DNA of 64,000 bases from the human T2T-CHM13v2.0 reference genome, Homo sapiens. This document shows, piece by piece, positions 16,523 through 31,261 of the stretch; position 1 is the stretch's first letter; each line of letters begins with the position of its first letter. The notes beneath the pieces were generated by a model, which searched no databases, was not told where the DNA came from, and worked only from the letters and a program-made list of their open reading frames with translations. The stretch is taken from NCBI RefSeq assembly GCF_009914755.1, contig NC_060926.1; one strand, written 5' to 3'. The position numbers and the translations under genes were made by a program.

Positions 16523-16641
16523 GGAGAGACAAGGTTTCATCATGTTGGCCAGGCTGGTCTCAAACTCCTGACCTCAAGTGATCTGCCCACCTTGGTCTCC
16601 CAACATGCTGGGATTACAGGCATAAGCCACCCTGCTCACCC
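16320..16641 (-). mobile_element. Alu (Sz/Jb-like) with an expanded central A-tract
   Basis: Reverse Alu dimer; TSD tatattactttta at 16307-16319 and 16644-16656; T28 linker at 16495-16522. Confidence 0.95.
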
Positions 16642-18639
16642 TCTATATTACTTTTAACTATCCCATACCATTAAATTTTGCACTAGTAAAATCTCAGTCA
16701 ATCATATTTGGAAAGATGTGCTTACGGATATAAGAGGCAGATAATTTTAGATCTTTCTTTTTCAAGACTTGGTAGAACTGACTTCACATTGAATATAAAT
16801 TACTCCTAAAATGTGAAGTGCTCTAGTAGTTTTAAATTGCTCTAGATCATGCTTGTTCAACTTCTCAATTATTCGTATATTTTCTCTAAATCGAATATAT
16901 GTAAAACAGTAAAATGTACACTTGCAACAAATAAGTTATTAAATCTAGATCACCATGTTGTTGACAGGTTGAAGGACTTAAAAGGAAGAGTGTGAGTAAT
17001 ATACCAGGTTTTCACTGGTAGTTACACTATATAAAACAAATCTTCTCTTCTATACATAGACAAAACGCATACCTTAATCAATAGAGACTTCATAAAATGC
17101 ACATTAGTTATTTTATACTATCTGCTCTCCAGTTTAGATAATTGCTGCTACCTGTAGCCTAAACCATTAACCTCTCAACCTTAGCAAATTGAGGTTTCCT
17201 AGCAAAAACCACACTACCAAAAGGAAGCCACATTTCCAACAGGACAGAGAGAGCAGTTTGTTAATCAAGAGAGACTGCACCACACTGCATTTGAGAACTC
17301 ATGAAAAATTGCAGTGGCGTTTTGTTTTCTTTCGAAAACAGCTTCTTATAAGCTCCTAAATGGACTCTCCTTATCCCCAGCCATGAAAAACAGCAGTGTT
17401 TCCAACTTTTCACCTTTCAACCAATGTGTCCCTGTAGTATTCACAGTACTATGAAAGAGATTCTTGACAATGTCACTGCAGACCACCCCAGAAGTGGAGT
17501 CCTGCCAATGTAAACCATTATTACAGTACTGACCGCTCATCTCATGCTGTGAGGTCATTCAGAAACTTCCCCTGCTTCCCTGTTGCTCACACTGTCTCTG
17601 AAGAGTGACATCCTCCCTTGAACCATAGACAGTGAGGCAAGCCCCCTGCTACTGATTCCCATCCAGATTGCTATGGACAACATCCACACTTTGATGCTAC
17701 TGAATGGACTTTCTTTCTTCGGAGGGAGAATCAAAGAACATTCAAAGAAGAAAACAACTTGGCGATGACACAGAAATGTTCAGAAACTATTGCAGTCTTT
17801 GCTGTGGAATTTTCCTCACATCCAAAGCTTATAACAAGCAGTGAAGCTCCTTGAGCATAATTATCTAATAATAAAAGCACCAAATAATATAAGAGCTATG
17901 TTTTTGCCAGAATCACATTTAACTTTTGGGGAAAAAAATGATTTGGATGCAAATTTAGTTTTTAGTTACTGACATTGGAGGACTTAAATGAAATGGATTG
18001 TAAGACATGGCGACTATTAGTTAATATTAAATAACTGACCTGTCATACACAATTTGTATGGTGTGCACAGAAAGTTGAAGTTGTTATATTTTGAGAAATT
18101 TCTATGCAAAAGTAAGAGAACATGGATAAGCATTCAATGCTCCTAAGGATCAACTTATCTAACGATTTTTTTCCTTAAAATAACTCTCATATATTAGACA
18201 TTTTCATATACTTGCCCAGATCTTGCCAGGTTGCCCTTATGAAGACAGGGAAAGATAATACACTTTCGGTCTTTAATAAAAGTGCCTTTTCCCTCTGATG
18301 GATTGGAGAACCTGTTCCTTTATGTTCCTATCTTATGCCTTTGCGTTTTCATTGCCTTTCATTAAATGTTAGTACAGAGCCAAGAATGAAAAATTGTCCA
18401 CTTCATTCATTTACCAGGGAACCAACTGAATTTAGGCTCAGCAGCACTTACATTCCATCCAGAGTGGATAATCTCCATGGCCCTGGATGAAAAGAATCAT
18501 ATAAGGTTAAATAATCAAGAGAAGGAAAATGCTGTGTTCTCGCCCTCCTGGAAATAAATCACTCTATAGAAGAAGAGGCAAAGTGTAAAAAGATAGGTCC
18601 CAAATGATGGGAGGGATTTTGGTACAAATAATTAATAAT

Positions 18640-18830
18640 TATTCCTGTCTAAAATTGGAGAAGAATTCACAGACGAGCTTACACACAAAAAGGGCTTTAA
18701 TGGAAAATTAAGAGTTCTCCAAATGGAGGAAGCAGAAGGCAAGTGTTTCAGGGTGGAGACACAGATGACAGCACATGCTAAGGTACAAAGCCATGGAGAA
18801 AAAGCATGGCAGGCTTCGGTTGGAAGTGAT
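18640..18830 (-). mobile_element. L2 fragment
   Basis: 'gaaggcaagtgtttcagggtggag...agcacatgctaaggtacaaag...agcatggcagg' is L2-like. Confidence 0.5.
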
Positions 18831-18831
18831 G

Positions 18832-18974
18832 CAGTGATGTGTTGGTAAATATTTAACAACTGGCTCTCTGGAAATAAACAAAAACAGCAACATGATGTAA
18901 GTGAGTGCAGAGTTTGGAAAAGATACACAACACGGGCTGTCATGAACCAGTATGACTAGCTCCTGCACACTACC
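18832..18974. mobile_element. MER63-like hAT DNA transposon fossil, internally deleted
   Basis: Termini 'cagtgatgtgttggtaaatatttaacaactggctctc' and 'gctcctgcacactaccg' resemble the MER63 inverted termini. Confidence 0.7.
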
Positions 18975-19769
18975 GGTGTTGGGAAACACGGTAGTTGGCT
19001 CATCACTTTCTTACATAAAAGATACAAAGGTAATTGAACCTTTATGAAAATGCTTAATTTCATCAAGCAGTCATTCTAAACTTCTAGCTTTTTTTTTTTT
19101 TTTTGGCTTAGAGGTCTTCAAACATCAAAATGTGTTTTGTTACCCTGTCATTTATAATTGTGTTGTGTTTAACAATATATCTACTCTGCTCTGGGCTGAT
19201 GAAAAGATAATCAAGCTTGTTAGAATACTATGTTAAGTAGGAGTTACTAGAACTAGAACCCTCACTGAGGTCAAAAGATTCTAAGACAGGTTTCTGATAA
19301 CTATTGTAAGGCTTTATTTCCAGATTCAGAATTGGGATTTGAAGGGTTGAGGTGGCTAAACTAATAATCCCCAGATACATGAAATTACAATATACGGATG
19401 TAAGTATCACAAACATATTATTTTTCTGGTTTACACTATAAAATATCAGCTAGTTCAATTATGCTAGAAAGAAGCAAAAGCAACAACAAAAAAAGTATTT
19501 CATTATTCTACTAATAGAAAAAAAATCCAGCAAATGTGTGTAATTAAATTGACTGTAAATAAGTTAATTGTAATTAAAATAATTGTAAGTAAGTTAATGT
19601 ATATTGGTCATCTCATTAATGCAGGAGCCCCAAGCAAAATCCTTATAGTGTCTAGCAGGTCATATAAATTAATGCAATGGAGCCAAATGAAATATGGCAG
19701 AAATAAAATCAAGTGTCATGGACTGAATGAAGTTGGAAAGAGCAGCTACTGCTCAAGTGTTGCTATCAT

Positions 19770-19927
19770 GGAATGGAGGCTCCTTTAAGAAAAACTGGGA
19801 TTTTGTGTAAAATTTTCTGATTCTTAAAGGTTAGCAAGTAATTCATACTTTAAACATATTGTGTGGGCCAAACAAAACATGTCACTGGGCAGGATTCTGC
19901 CTGTTAGCCACCAACTCCAGACCTCTG
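19770..19927. mobile_element. hAT-Charlie-type DNA transposon fragment
   Basis: 'tgtgggccaaacaaaacatgtc...ccaccaactccagacctctg' is a Charlie-family terminus. Confidence 0.55.
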
Positions 19928-20659
19928 CTTTCATTCATTCTAAACAGTGCAATGTGGTTTGTATTATGTGGTATTGGCAGGCAGGTAGTATGTGGAGCTA
20001 ACGTGCCTGGATTTATTTTACTTATTAATTACTTTATATCCTGCCTTGTTCCCAGATGTATTTGAGATCGTTTATTAAAAAAATCATACACTAATATAAT
20101 AGAGTCTTGAGGTGAAGGGAAAAAGGATTAAAATCATAAGTAGAGTCCTGGGGAGAGGTAATATAAAGAAATAAAAGACATAAAGTGCAATAAAGTTACT
20201 TAAGATGAGATGATAGCACTTCATTGAGCTTCATAGCAGCTGAAGCAAAAAGTGGAAAAAAATCTGTTATAAGATTTATTTACATCATGTGTGAGGTAAA
20301 ACACACTAGGTAATCAGGAGAAACAGCTTTGCAAAGCACTAAGGTCATAGAATGACTTATGCTAAAGGTCCATTTTTTGTCAGCAATAGAATAACTTTTC
20401 TCCCATACGAATGATCTGGTAGTCTTATCTCTAGTAACGAGGTCAGTGAAATCACCGCCTATACTAGAAGCACAATATTTACACACTATTTTCAGGCGCC
20501 TTTGTCAAATAATATTATTTTCTCCTTCCTGCCCAAATGGATACCTAAAAAGGGAAACTTCTCTTGCCCCTGCCATGGATTCACCCATCCCTACTGTCAG
20601 TAAACTTTGTGGCCAGAACTTTAATTAAAACTAGGACAGTTGTCAAAATTAAATTCCAT

Positions 20660-20980
20660 TTAATATTCATTTAACACCTACAAAAAGTCAAGTGTGGTGT
20701 TAAGTGCTTGGTAATTTACAAGGAGAAGTAAAGAAGAAAAAAAGCAACCTGCTTTTAATGAGCTTCCTTTCTAGTAAAGGAAACAAATAGGTTCTCAAAT
20801 AATTATAAGATGGTATGCTAGGTCACCTTTAAAATGTATACAAAGCACAGAGGTAACAGAGAGAAGAGCATGATTATTTCTCTCTTAGAGAGATAAGAAA
20901 AAGCTCCCAAGAGTATACACAGGATACTCAGGAACTTATATTAAATGATGATTAGAAGTTTGCAGGTGTCTTTTGAGAAA
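20660..20980 (-). mobile_element. L2 fragment
   Basis: 'attcatttaacacc...gtgttaagtgcttgg...gagcttcctttctagt' resembles the L2 3' region. Confidence 0.55.
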
Positions 20981-23900
20981 GATAAGGGACTTACTGATAA
21001 ATGAAAAAATACTTTCTATCAATCCCTCTTGGTAGCATCCATCTCATTCTTAATTATGTTCACATCACTCCATTAAACAATTCTGATGGCTCCCTTTTAT
21101 TATTTCCCTTGCCTCCATATAACTCACTCCTACTGCCCACATGTCAGAATTCTATTCATTCCAATTAGCTCTCATCCCTCTGGCATATACATAGCTCCAA
21201 GAAAATCAGTATTTTCTATTCTGGTTTCCCTACTCTATCTTTTACGACTTTAAGTTACACGGCATATGTGGCAGCCACACTTACCCTGGAACTTGCACAA
21301 TACCTATGGAACTAAGAATGCTTGTAAACATTGATTCACTGGTGCCTCATTATTCAGATATGCTGGCTGCTTTAATCAGACTCACTGTCCATAGTTAGCT
21401 CTCTTCCTACATCTTTAGTCTTTGGGTATTATTTTTTTTCTTATTAATTCTTCCATTCCTTCTCTATGGCTAAACAACCTCTCTTTGCCCATAACTTCAT
21501 GACAAATCCCATTACTTCTTTGAAAATCCTCTCACTTTGCCCAGTGTGATAGATCTAACTCCTCTTCAGGAAACATTGCATCAATTTCTCAGAGTATTAC
21601 AGCTGTTTAACCAAACAACTATTGTTTTCCAAGAGAATACTGATGTATTCTATCTATTGCTTTAATATACCTGGTCTTCCCATTCTTACCTCTTACCTTT
21701 ATAGTAGAAATTCTGCTAATGAAATAAAACACTCTTGATTAGAAAGACAAGACACTTAAAGTATAGAACTCAATTGCATTTTAACTCTACATCCTAAGAC
21801 AAGGAAAACAGATTCAGCAAAAGAGCATCAGAGATACTTCTGTGGTTATCTACAAAGGTCAGATTCACTTTCATATATATTGAAATTCAAGGAGGGGCAA
21901 AGGAATCAGAAAAGAAAAGCAACCAAATATTAGAAGACCAGATAGATAATTAAATTCAATGTCTAAGAAAGTTCATAAATGTTGAGAAGAAAATAAAAAG
22001 ACAGTTCTAAAGGCACAAATTCAGTCGTAAACCTCCCACTTTGAGGAGCCAACATGGTTTGCACTCTAAATTGGTTATGAGTTCTGCTTTTAATAAGATG
22101 CAGAGGATCTCACAGGTAGGTGTTTTTAGACAGGAAGAAACATTACCTCTAATGAGCTGGTGTGCCTTAATTTAGAGAGAGTGAGGGGTCTACACTTCAG
22201 AGCAGTATCTTTCCCTAAATCCACAAGTTGACATAGAAGCACCATAGTTGAGTAAAGGACAGTACACATTTAAGTTATAAAATTTCGTGTCTCTTGACTT
22301 AGATTTTCATTCCTTATACATTGTTTCTGGCTATCCCTTAGAGCACTATATAACTTTCCCCTGAAAAAAGTTTCCAAGAAGAAGAATGGTCCCAAAGAGG
22401 AAGAAGGTTCTCATAAACATCAGGAGGACAAAGAGTAATTTCTCCTTCATCAAAAGAAGGGATTAGAAAAAGGAGATTCAAAGAGATAGGAACTGCAGGA
22501 GATTATATGACCTTTAAAGTATAGAGGAAGAAGATTCTTTGCCAAGGGTTGAACGTAAAAGAGTGCAGAATGTGAAGAAATTCAAGCAACAGAAAAGAGA
22601 CCAATATACTTCCTGAGCTAATTTGCTTTTGCTAGTAATTCATTTTCACTCCAATTTCAAAATAATTTATTTCTGTCATGGGCAATGCCAGCTATTTCAG
22701 TATACAGGAAGAACCCAGGAAGAACCAAAGTCATTGAGATAACAAACAGCTACTCCCTGTGTCTGTTAATAGATCAGCCTCAGATCCTAAATTTGCACCC
22801 TGTTGGTGAGGAAGTAGATATCTCGGTGCTGTTGCTCCAATAGTTTCAAAAAGAGGGTGAGGAATAGAAAAAAAAAATTGCTGATTCAGAGAGGAAAGAC
22901 ATGGAGGAGGGTTTTATTGACCTGGGGTTTGCATTTATTTTTTTAATGGTTAAAAATAAACCCGTTAATTTAAGTCTCTAAGAACATCTTTGGTCTTAAT
23001 AACAGAGTTGGCAAAGCTGCTGTGAGAGAAACAATAAGAAATAAACTTAGTTTTTCTTTTAACATACAATTATTGCCTTACTAAATGTAAATTTAATCCC
23101 TATTTGAGACATGTAATTTAAATTGTGACCAAAAATATTATAGGCATGCTGAATACTTCTAATTAAATCAGGTGGCCTTATTTTAATGAAGGGAGAATTT
23201 GGAGGCAATACCAATTGCAGTAACAAGCTGATGACTTGTTTTTCACAGTCAACATATCATTAGCATTGGGACCCCAGAAAGAGAGTAATTATTTTTTTAA
23301 ATAAACTTTTACAATTAAAGACTAGGTACACATAACGTAGTTTACCCATGGGTTTCTTTCTTTCTTTCTTTCTTTCTTTTTTCTTTAAGTGCTATTTGAA
23401 ATAGACATAGACTAAACAAATTAAATGTGCAAAAACACACCTGGTCCTTATCTAACCAACAGCTAAACCTTGGTATAAAAACTACATAAACTTATCAGCT
23501 GCTTTGTTTGCTCAGTTAGCATTGTCTTCTGAGTTTATTTTTTAAGACGTAGGGTATGCATGGTAATCACTTAGACATTTAAGGCTTTTTTAAGCTCTAT
23601 GGAATAAAATATAAATTGTTTACTGAATCAGGGTATGGATAGGAGATCTAAATTCTCTTACTTTTAATATTTCTTTTTGAAATCTGCCCTTCTGGACAGA
23701 AATTTCAAGCAACAGTTCCCAGCAAACATATGGGGAAGCCCATTGGAAATATTGTAAGGTAAATTAATAATGGCAGATGCCAGCATGTCTGGATGTTGTT
23801 TATGCTGAACAGTCCTGCATTCTTTATGTTTTGAAATTATTCTGTTGTAACCACTTTCAGATTCTTTTAGTTTGGCAATGCATTCTACTCTCAAAAGGTG

Positions 23901-25329
23901 TCTGCATTTATTTGACTACAGAAAATATTTACTTTAGTAAAGGGCAGCTTAACCTTTGTTTAAATTTGAGGTGAGTTAAAGGTCACTGTAATTATTTGCT
24001 GTATTATTTGTGTCAGATTTGAATTACTAAGAATACAGCACATGCATTGCCCTTTATTATGAAATAAGCTAAAAGAAACTCAACTTCTGCATACAGCCAA
24101 CATATTTTATGGAACCAATCAGTGTTGCAGAACATTTTCAAGGTTCTCTCTTGGACTGTGATTGACTGAAAGTGCTTGAGGTTAAGGTCCTTTCCCAGAG
24201 GGAGGGAAAGAGGCGACTTAACATGGCAGCTCAGTCTTCCCCCACCTCTAGCTATGTTTTTGATGGCTAGCAGCCAGCATATGGACAGAGTGGGGTTCAA
24301 GGCTATTAGAGAAAAACTGCAAGCAGTCACTTTTGAAACAAATATATACACAGGGGACTAGAGGATTGGACTTACTGAGCAGAGGATGATTTCAGAACAG
24401 ATACGCAAGGATCCTCAACTATTCAATGAGGAAAAATTCAAAGTTAAAACATGAAGACTGAGATATGCAAACTCGGTGAAAAATAAGGAGAAGATGATGG
24501 AAAAGTTTTGAAATTAAATAGCTTAGGGCATAAAAATGGGTGACCCTTCATTCTTGGTCTTTATCCTTCAATTATGGAAAGGAAATGATGTATCACAACA
24601 TGTTGACCCCAACTTTAAACACATACACCCATGTCAACCAAAGATATCTATGCATGATTCTGATGACAAAGAAATATCAAGGTTCAGTTAGCGACTGAAC
24701 TACATTAGTGTGGAGTTTGTTTACTTGGGAGGATGCATTATGGGATATAATTTAGTAGCACATTTAACTACAGTGAAAACAATGAAATTTGTACTTCCAA
24801 ATTAAACGGATATGGAAAAGTGGCAAGTATCTTTTGCTCATATAAAGATACTATTATCCTTTCTGGATGATTAATTTATTTGTAGTACATAGAAAGTGAC
24901 TGGCACATAGTCAGCATTTAATAAATGTCAGCCATTACTTATTGTCACTGTCACTACTACTGTTATGAGTCAAATGCTTAAGACTAAAAACTATATCTAT
25001 AGGAAATGAAGACTTTTGGCACAAGCGAAAGAGAAGGTAAAATGAAAGCCAACTGTATTTCTCTACCACAAAATTATTCAGTATGGATAAGATTTGGTGA
25101 AAAGTCTCACTCAAGACATGGGGAGAAGATATCCATATAATTAACACTGATCACAAAAAGGGAAGAAAATATGGCCAGAATAGAAAGGAAAAACTCAAAA
25201 GCATAGGTAAACATTGATGGTGATGGTAATTATAGCCCAACAGCTAGCCAGGGTTTTATTTATTCAGGATGGAAACTCAGTATTCAGTTATGGCCAAAAT
25301 TGTCTTCCTTTAAGATTCTTAATCAACCT

Positions 25330-28300
25330 TTTTGAAACACAATAAATAATCTCAAACTAAATGAGCTGTCACTTAAATTTTACAATCCAGTGGTTTTAGT
25401 TTATTCACAGAAAGACTTGGATAACCATCAGTACAAACTAATTTTAGAACACTTTCATCATCCCCAAAAGAAACCTTCTACTCATTAGCTTCACTTCTAT
25501 TTTTCCCAAATCCATCTTCCCCTAGTTTTAGGCAATTACCAGTCGACAGTCTATCATGACAGATTTGACAATTATGGGCATTTCATATAAACAGAATCAC
25601 ACAATATGTGCTATTTAGGAGGGATTTGCTTCTTTCATTTAGCAGATATTTTCAAGGTTCATCCATGCTGTAGCATTTTATCAATCCTACATTCCTTTTT
25701 ATTGTTGAGCAATATTCCATTATATAAATATATTACATTTTGCTTATCTATTCATCAATTAATTAATGTTTGGGTTTTTCTACTTTTGGCTATTAAAAAG
25801 ACACTTCTTTGAACATTCAAATGTACATTTTTGTGTGAACATGTGTTTTCATTTTTCTTGCACATGCACGTAGGGATGGAGTTCTTGGGTCATAAGACAA
25901 ATCTATGTTTAACATTTTAGGACACTGCCAAATTATTTTCACAGCACTTACACAATTTTACATTCTCGTGAGCAGTGTATGAGGATTCAAATTTCTCCTT
26001 GTCAACACTCATTTTTTAATTTTTTTTGTAATAAGCATTCTAGTGAGTGTGAAGTAGTATTTCATTGTGATTTTGATTTGCATTTCCTTAATTACTAATG
26101 ACATTTAACAACTTTTCATGTGCTTAATGGCCATTTATATATTTTCTTTGAAATAATGTCTATTGAAATATTTTGCTCATTTAGATTTTTTTCTTTATAT
26201 TCTTGAATTCATACGTTCTGGATACTGGACATCTATTAGATATATGATTTACAGATATTTTCTTCCATTCTATGGGTTGCCTTTTCACTTTCTAACATTG
26301 TCCTTTGATGAACAAGAGTTTTTAATTTTGCAGGGGAACAGTTTATCTCTTTTCTCTTTCACTGTGCTTCTGAAGCACAACGTGCTTCATTTTGAAGAAA
26401 CCATTGCCAATCCAAGGTGAAAAAGATCTACACCTGTTCACTTCTAAGAGTTTTATAGTTTCAGCTCTTACTTTTAGGTCTTTGATCTATTGGGGGCTAT
26501 TTTTGTATGATACGAGCAAAAGATTTCAACATCATTCTTTTGCATGTTAACATCTGGTTGTCCCAGCATCACGTGTTGATAATATTATCCCCACCCTTAC
26601 CCCCAGTCTTACATTGAATTGTCTTGAAATCATTTTTGAAAATTGTTTGACTATAAATAGAAGGGTTATCTTATGGATTATTATCAGTTCCATTGCTGTT
26701 GGTTTTTTTTTGGGTCTATCCTTATGCCACTACCAGATTATTACTATAAATTGTAGCGAGTTTTGAAATGTGAATCCTTCAACATTGTTTCTATTTTTCA
26801 AGATTATTTTGACTTTGCTGGATGCACTGAATGTTCACATTAATTTTAAGATCAGCTCACCAATTTTGCAAAGAAATAAAACAGCTGGAAATTAGATAGG
26901 AGTTGCATAAGTCCTTTGATTGATTTGGGATATATTGCCATCTTATCAATATTAACTATTCAAATCAATGAACATGGGACGTGTTTCAATTTATTTACTA
27001 TTTGACTTTCCTTAATGTTATTTTATACTTTTAGAAGTACAAATTTTGCACTTCTTTGGTTAAAATTATTTCTATTTTTTTCTTTTTGATACTATTACAA
27101 GTCAGATTGTTCCCTTAATTTAAATTTTGGTTGTCCTTTATGAGTTTATGTAATTAAATTGTATATGTTCATCTTGTTCATCTTGTACTCTGCAACCTTG
27201 GTCAAACACGTTTATTAGCTCTAATAGTTTTTAGTGGATTCCTGAGGATTTTCTATATACAAAGTTTCCATCATTTGCAAATATTTTTACTTCCTTTTTT
27301 CAGGCTGGATATTTTAATTTTATTTTACTGCCTAATTCTAGAACCACTAGTACAATATTAAATAAGTGTCAATAGAACAAACAACATGCTTGTAAAAAGA
27401 AGATGATGAAGGAACTGAAGTCAATAATCTAATCTGTCATTTTAATACAATGGAAAAAGGGAAAAAATTAAAGAAAGCAAGACGAATAAAATAATAAATG
27501 ATATTAATTATTCTTTACATATTGGGTAGAATTCACCAGTAAAGGCATCTTTAACTAGGATTTTCATTGTCTGAAGTATTTAGGTTACTAATTCATTGTC
27601 TTCACTGGTTATAGGCCTACTGTGGTTTTTTATTTATTCTGGAACCTGTTTCAGTGGTTTGTCTTTCTATAAATCTATCCTTCTAAGTTAACATAAGTGA
27701 TACCTCCTTTCTCATTCCTGATTTTAGTAATATGACTCTCAGTAATTTGAATTCTATTTTTCTCTCTCTCTGGTCCATCTAGCTAAATATTTGCCAACTT
27801 TATGGATGTTTTCAAAGATCCATTATTTCAATATTTCATTCCTTTTGCTTTGTTTCCATTGTATTAAAATGACAAATTAGAGTATCAACTTTAGTTCCTT
27901 CATCATCTTCTTTTTACTTTACTTTTTAATATAGACTTTTACAGCTATAAATTTCCTTCTAAGCAACAATTTAGTTGCATCCCTTAAGTTTTTATACATT
28001 GTGTCTTCAATGTTACTCATCTCCCTTAATTTCTCTTGTGATGTCTTCTTTGACTCAATTATTATTTAGGAGTATGTTGCTTAATTTTCTCACATTTGTC
28101 AATTTCCACATTTTTTTCTATTATTGATTGAATTCTATTTTTTCATTATACACAAATAACATACTTTTTATAATTTTAATTCTTTTAATTATGCACTCCT
28201 TTTAACTTTCAATCATTTTAAAACCAAGCCTCATTGTTTGTTTTATGGCCTAGAAATATGTTCTTTCTTGGAATAGTTTCATATGCCCTTGAAAAAAAAT

Positions 28301-28875
28301 ATGTATTCTGCTGTCATTGGATGAAATGTTCTACAAATATTCATTAAGGTTTATTAACTTTTAAGACTTGTGTTGAAGTCTTTTATTTCCTTGTCTAACT
28401 TCTGGCTTGGATCTATATTGGAAGTATAGTATTGAGGTATCCAATTACTATTTTTCCTTTGTTCCCGTGAAGTCAATTTACCATTTAGCTTTATTGCTTT
28501 ATTCCAGTATAGCTTTGCCCCCAAGTCTGCTTTGTTGTATTTTATCAAATATAAAAAATTTCTCTATCTGGTAAAATAAAAAATACAATTCTATACATAT
28601 TGCTTTCTACAGTAGCTTTTAAATTAGTTAGGAGAACAAAAGAGGACAAGTAGATTATATTCTCTTTTACAATTACGTATTACCTTTTTGGTTCTCCTCT
28701 CTACCTCTCTTTCTTGTTGTTTTATCTTGTTTTGGGTGTAGGTGCATGCATTCGAACAACTATCTGGGGTTACTTACTCTCTGCTTGAAGAACTTATTTT
28801 AGTCTTTCTGCTAAGACAAGTCAGCTAGCAACAAATTCTCTGTTTTTGTTTATTTGGGAATGGTTTTATTTTACC
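25330..28875 (-). mobile_element. Ancient L1M (L1MB/MC-like) 3' UTR and degenerate ORF2
   Basis: T-rich strand with L1M hallmarks such as 'ttttcaaggttcatccatgctgtagca', 'attgtgattttgatttgcatttcc' and 'gtagaattcaccagtaaag'. Confidence 0.85.
27392..27917. repeat. Local inverted repeat with 65-bp arms (27392-27456 and 27853-27917)
   Basis: Manual alignment gives 60/65 identity in reverse complement; spacer is 396 bp. Confidence 0.9.
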
Positions 28876-30171
28876 TTTATTTATTTATTTATTTATACTT
28901 TAAGTTCTAGGGTACATGTGCACAATGTGCAGGTTTGTAACATATATATACATGTGCCATGTTGGTGCGCTGCACCCATTAACTTGTCATTTACATTACA
29001 TGTATCTCCTAATGCTATCCCTCCCCCTTCCCCCCACCCCACAACAGGCCCGGGTGTGTGATGTTCCCCTTCCTGTGTCCACATGTTCTCATTGTTCAAT
29101 TCCCACCTATGAGTGAGAACACGCGGTGTTTGGTTTTCTGTCCTTGTGATAGTTTGCTGAGAATGATGGTTTCCAGCTTCATCCATATCCCTAGAAAGGA
29201 CATGAACTCATCATTTTTTATGGCTGCATAGTATTCCATGGTGTATATGTGCCACATTTTCTTAATCCAGTCTATCATGGTTGGACATTCGGGTTGGTTC
29301 CAAGTCTTTGCTATTGTGAGTAGTGCCACAATAAACATATGTGTGCATGTGTCTTTATAGCAGCATGATATATATTCCTTTGGGTATATACCCAGTAATG
29401 GGATGGCTGGGTCAAATGGTATTTCTAGTTCTAGATCCCTGAGGAATCACCACACTGTCTTCCACAATGGTTGAACTAGTTTACAGTCCCACCAACAGTG
29501 TAAAAGTGTTCCTATTTCTCCACGTCCTCTCCAGCACCTGTTGTTTCCTAACTTTTTAATGATCGCCATTCTAACTGGTGTGAGATGATATCTCATTGTG
29601 GTTTTGATTTGCATTTCTCTGATGGCCAGTGATGATGAGCATTTTTTCATGTGTCTGTTGGCTGCATAAATGTCTTCATTTGAGAAGTGTCTGTTCACAT
29701 CCTTTGCCCACTTGTTGATGGGGTTGTTTTTTTCTTGTAAGTTTGTTTGAGTTCTTTGTAGATTCTGGATATTAGCCCTCTGACAGATGAGTAGATTGCA
29801 AAAATTTTCTCCCATTCTGTAGGTTGCCTGTTCACTCTGATGGTAGTTTCTTTTGCTGTGCTCTTTAGTTTAATTAGATCCCATTTGTCAATTTTGGCTT
29901 TTGTTGCCACTGCTTTTGGTGTTTTAGACATGAAGTCCTTGCCCATGCCGATGTCCTGAATGGTACTGCCTAGGTTTCCTTCTAGGGTTTTTATGGCTTT
30001 AGGTCTAACATTTAAGTCTTTAATCCATCTTGAATTAATTTTTGTATAAGGTGTAAGGAAGGGATCCAGTTTTAGCTTTCTACACATGGCTGGCCAGTTT
30101 TCCCAGAACCATTTGTTAAATAGGGAATCTTTTCCCCATTTCTTGTTTTTGTCAGGTTTGTCAAAGATCAG

Positions 30172-30172
<1 letters not shown>
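28876..30172 (-). mobile_element. L1PA (about L1PA5), 3' segment of a 5'-inverted insertion
   Basis: Reverse L1 3' UTR after a (TTTA)n tail; minus-strand ORFs 29096-30198 are ORF2 C-terminal pieces. Confidence 0.97.
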
Positions 30173-30621
<449 letters not shown>

Positions 30622-31011
30622 TTGTTGTTATCTTTAAACACTCTTACTAGGATGTTCTAGAGTGTGGTCTTTTGCATTTTTCCTACATAGAGTTTGTTGA
30701 GTTTGGGGATGTGTAAATTAATGTTTTTATCTTATTTTTTAAGTTTTCAGCCATTATTTCTTCAAATATTTATTTGTTCTTTTCATTTTTTCCTCTCCTT
30801 CCAGTTCTACATTATGCATATGTTGGTGTGTTACTGGGGTCCCACACTTCTCTGGGGCTTTGATTATTTTCCTTTATTCTTTTTCCCCCATTCATCTATA
30901 TCAATTTATCTTCAAAGTTGCTGATTTTTTTTTTCTTATGTTAGATCATATCTGTTGTTGAGCTTTTTGGTGAATCTTTCATTTTGGTTCTTGTACTACT
31001 AAGTTTTGGCA

Positions 31012-31128
31012 TTTTCTCCTCCTCCTCCTCTTCCTCCTCCTCCTCTTCCACCTCCTCCTCTACCTCCTTCTCCTTCTCCTTCTTCTTCTTCCTCCTCCTT
31101 CTTCTTAATATTTTTTCTTCTTCTTCTG
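31012..31128. repeat. (CCT)n/(CTT)n polypyrimidine triplet repeat
   Basis: Directly visible. Confidence 0.95.
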
Positions 31129-31261
31129 AATATTTTGTCTTGTTATTGCTAATAGTCTCTATTTGATGAGATATTATGATAGTGTGATCATGCTTTCCTT
31201 TACTTCTTTGGGCATAGTTTCCTTTAGCTTTTTTTTTTTTAACATATTTTAAATAGTTGCT

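Noticed and set aside
17346-17558. 70-aa minus-strand ORF in GC-richer unique DNA
   Set aside because: No recognisable domain or splice context; length expected by chance.
22795-22812. CTCF-like motif (reverse CCAACAGGGTGCA)
   Set aside because: Mismatches at core positions; unsupported without ChIP data.
30984-31166. Poly-serine ORF
   Set aside because: Artefact of the (CCT)n/(CTT)n repeat.
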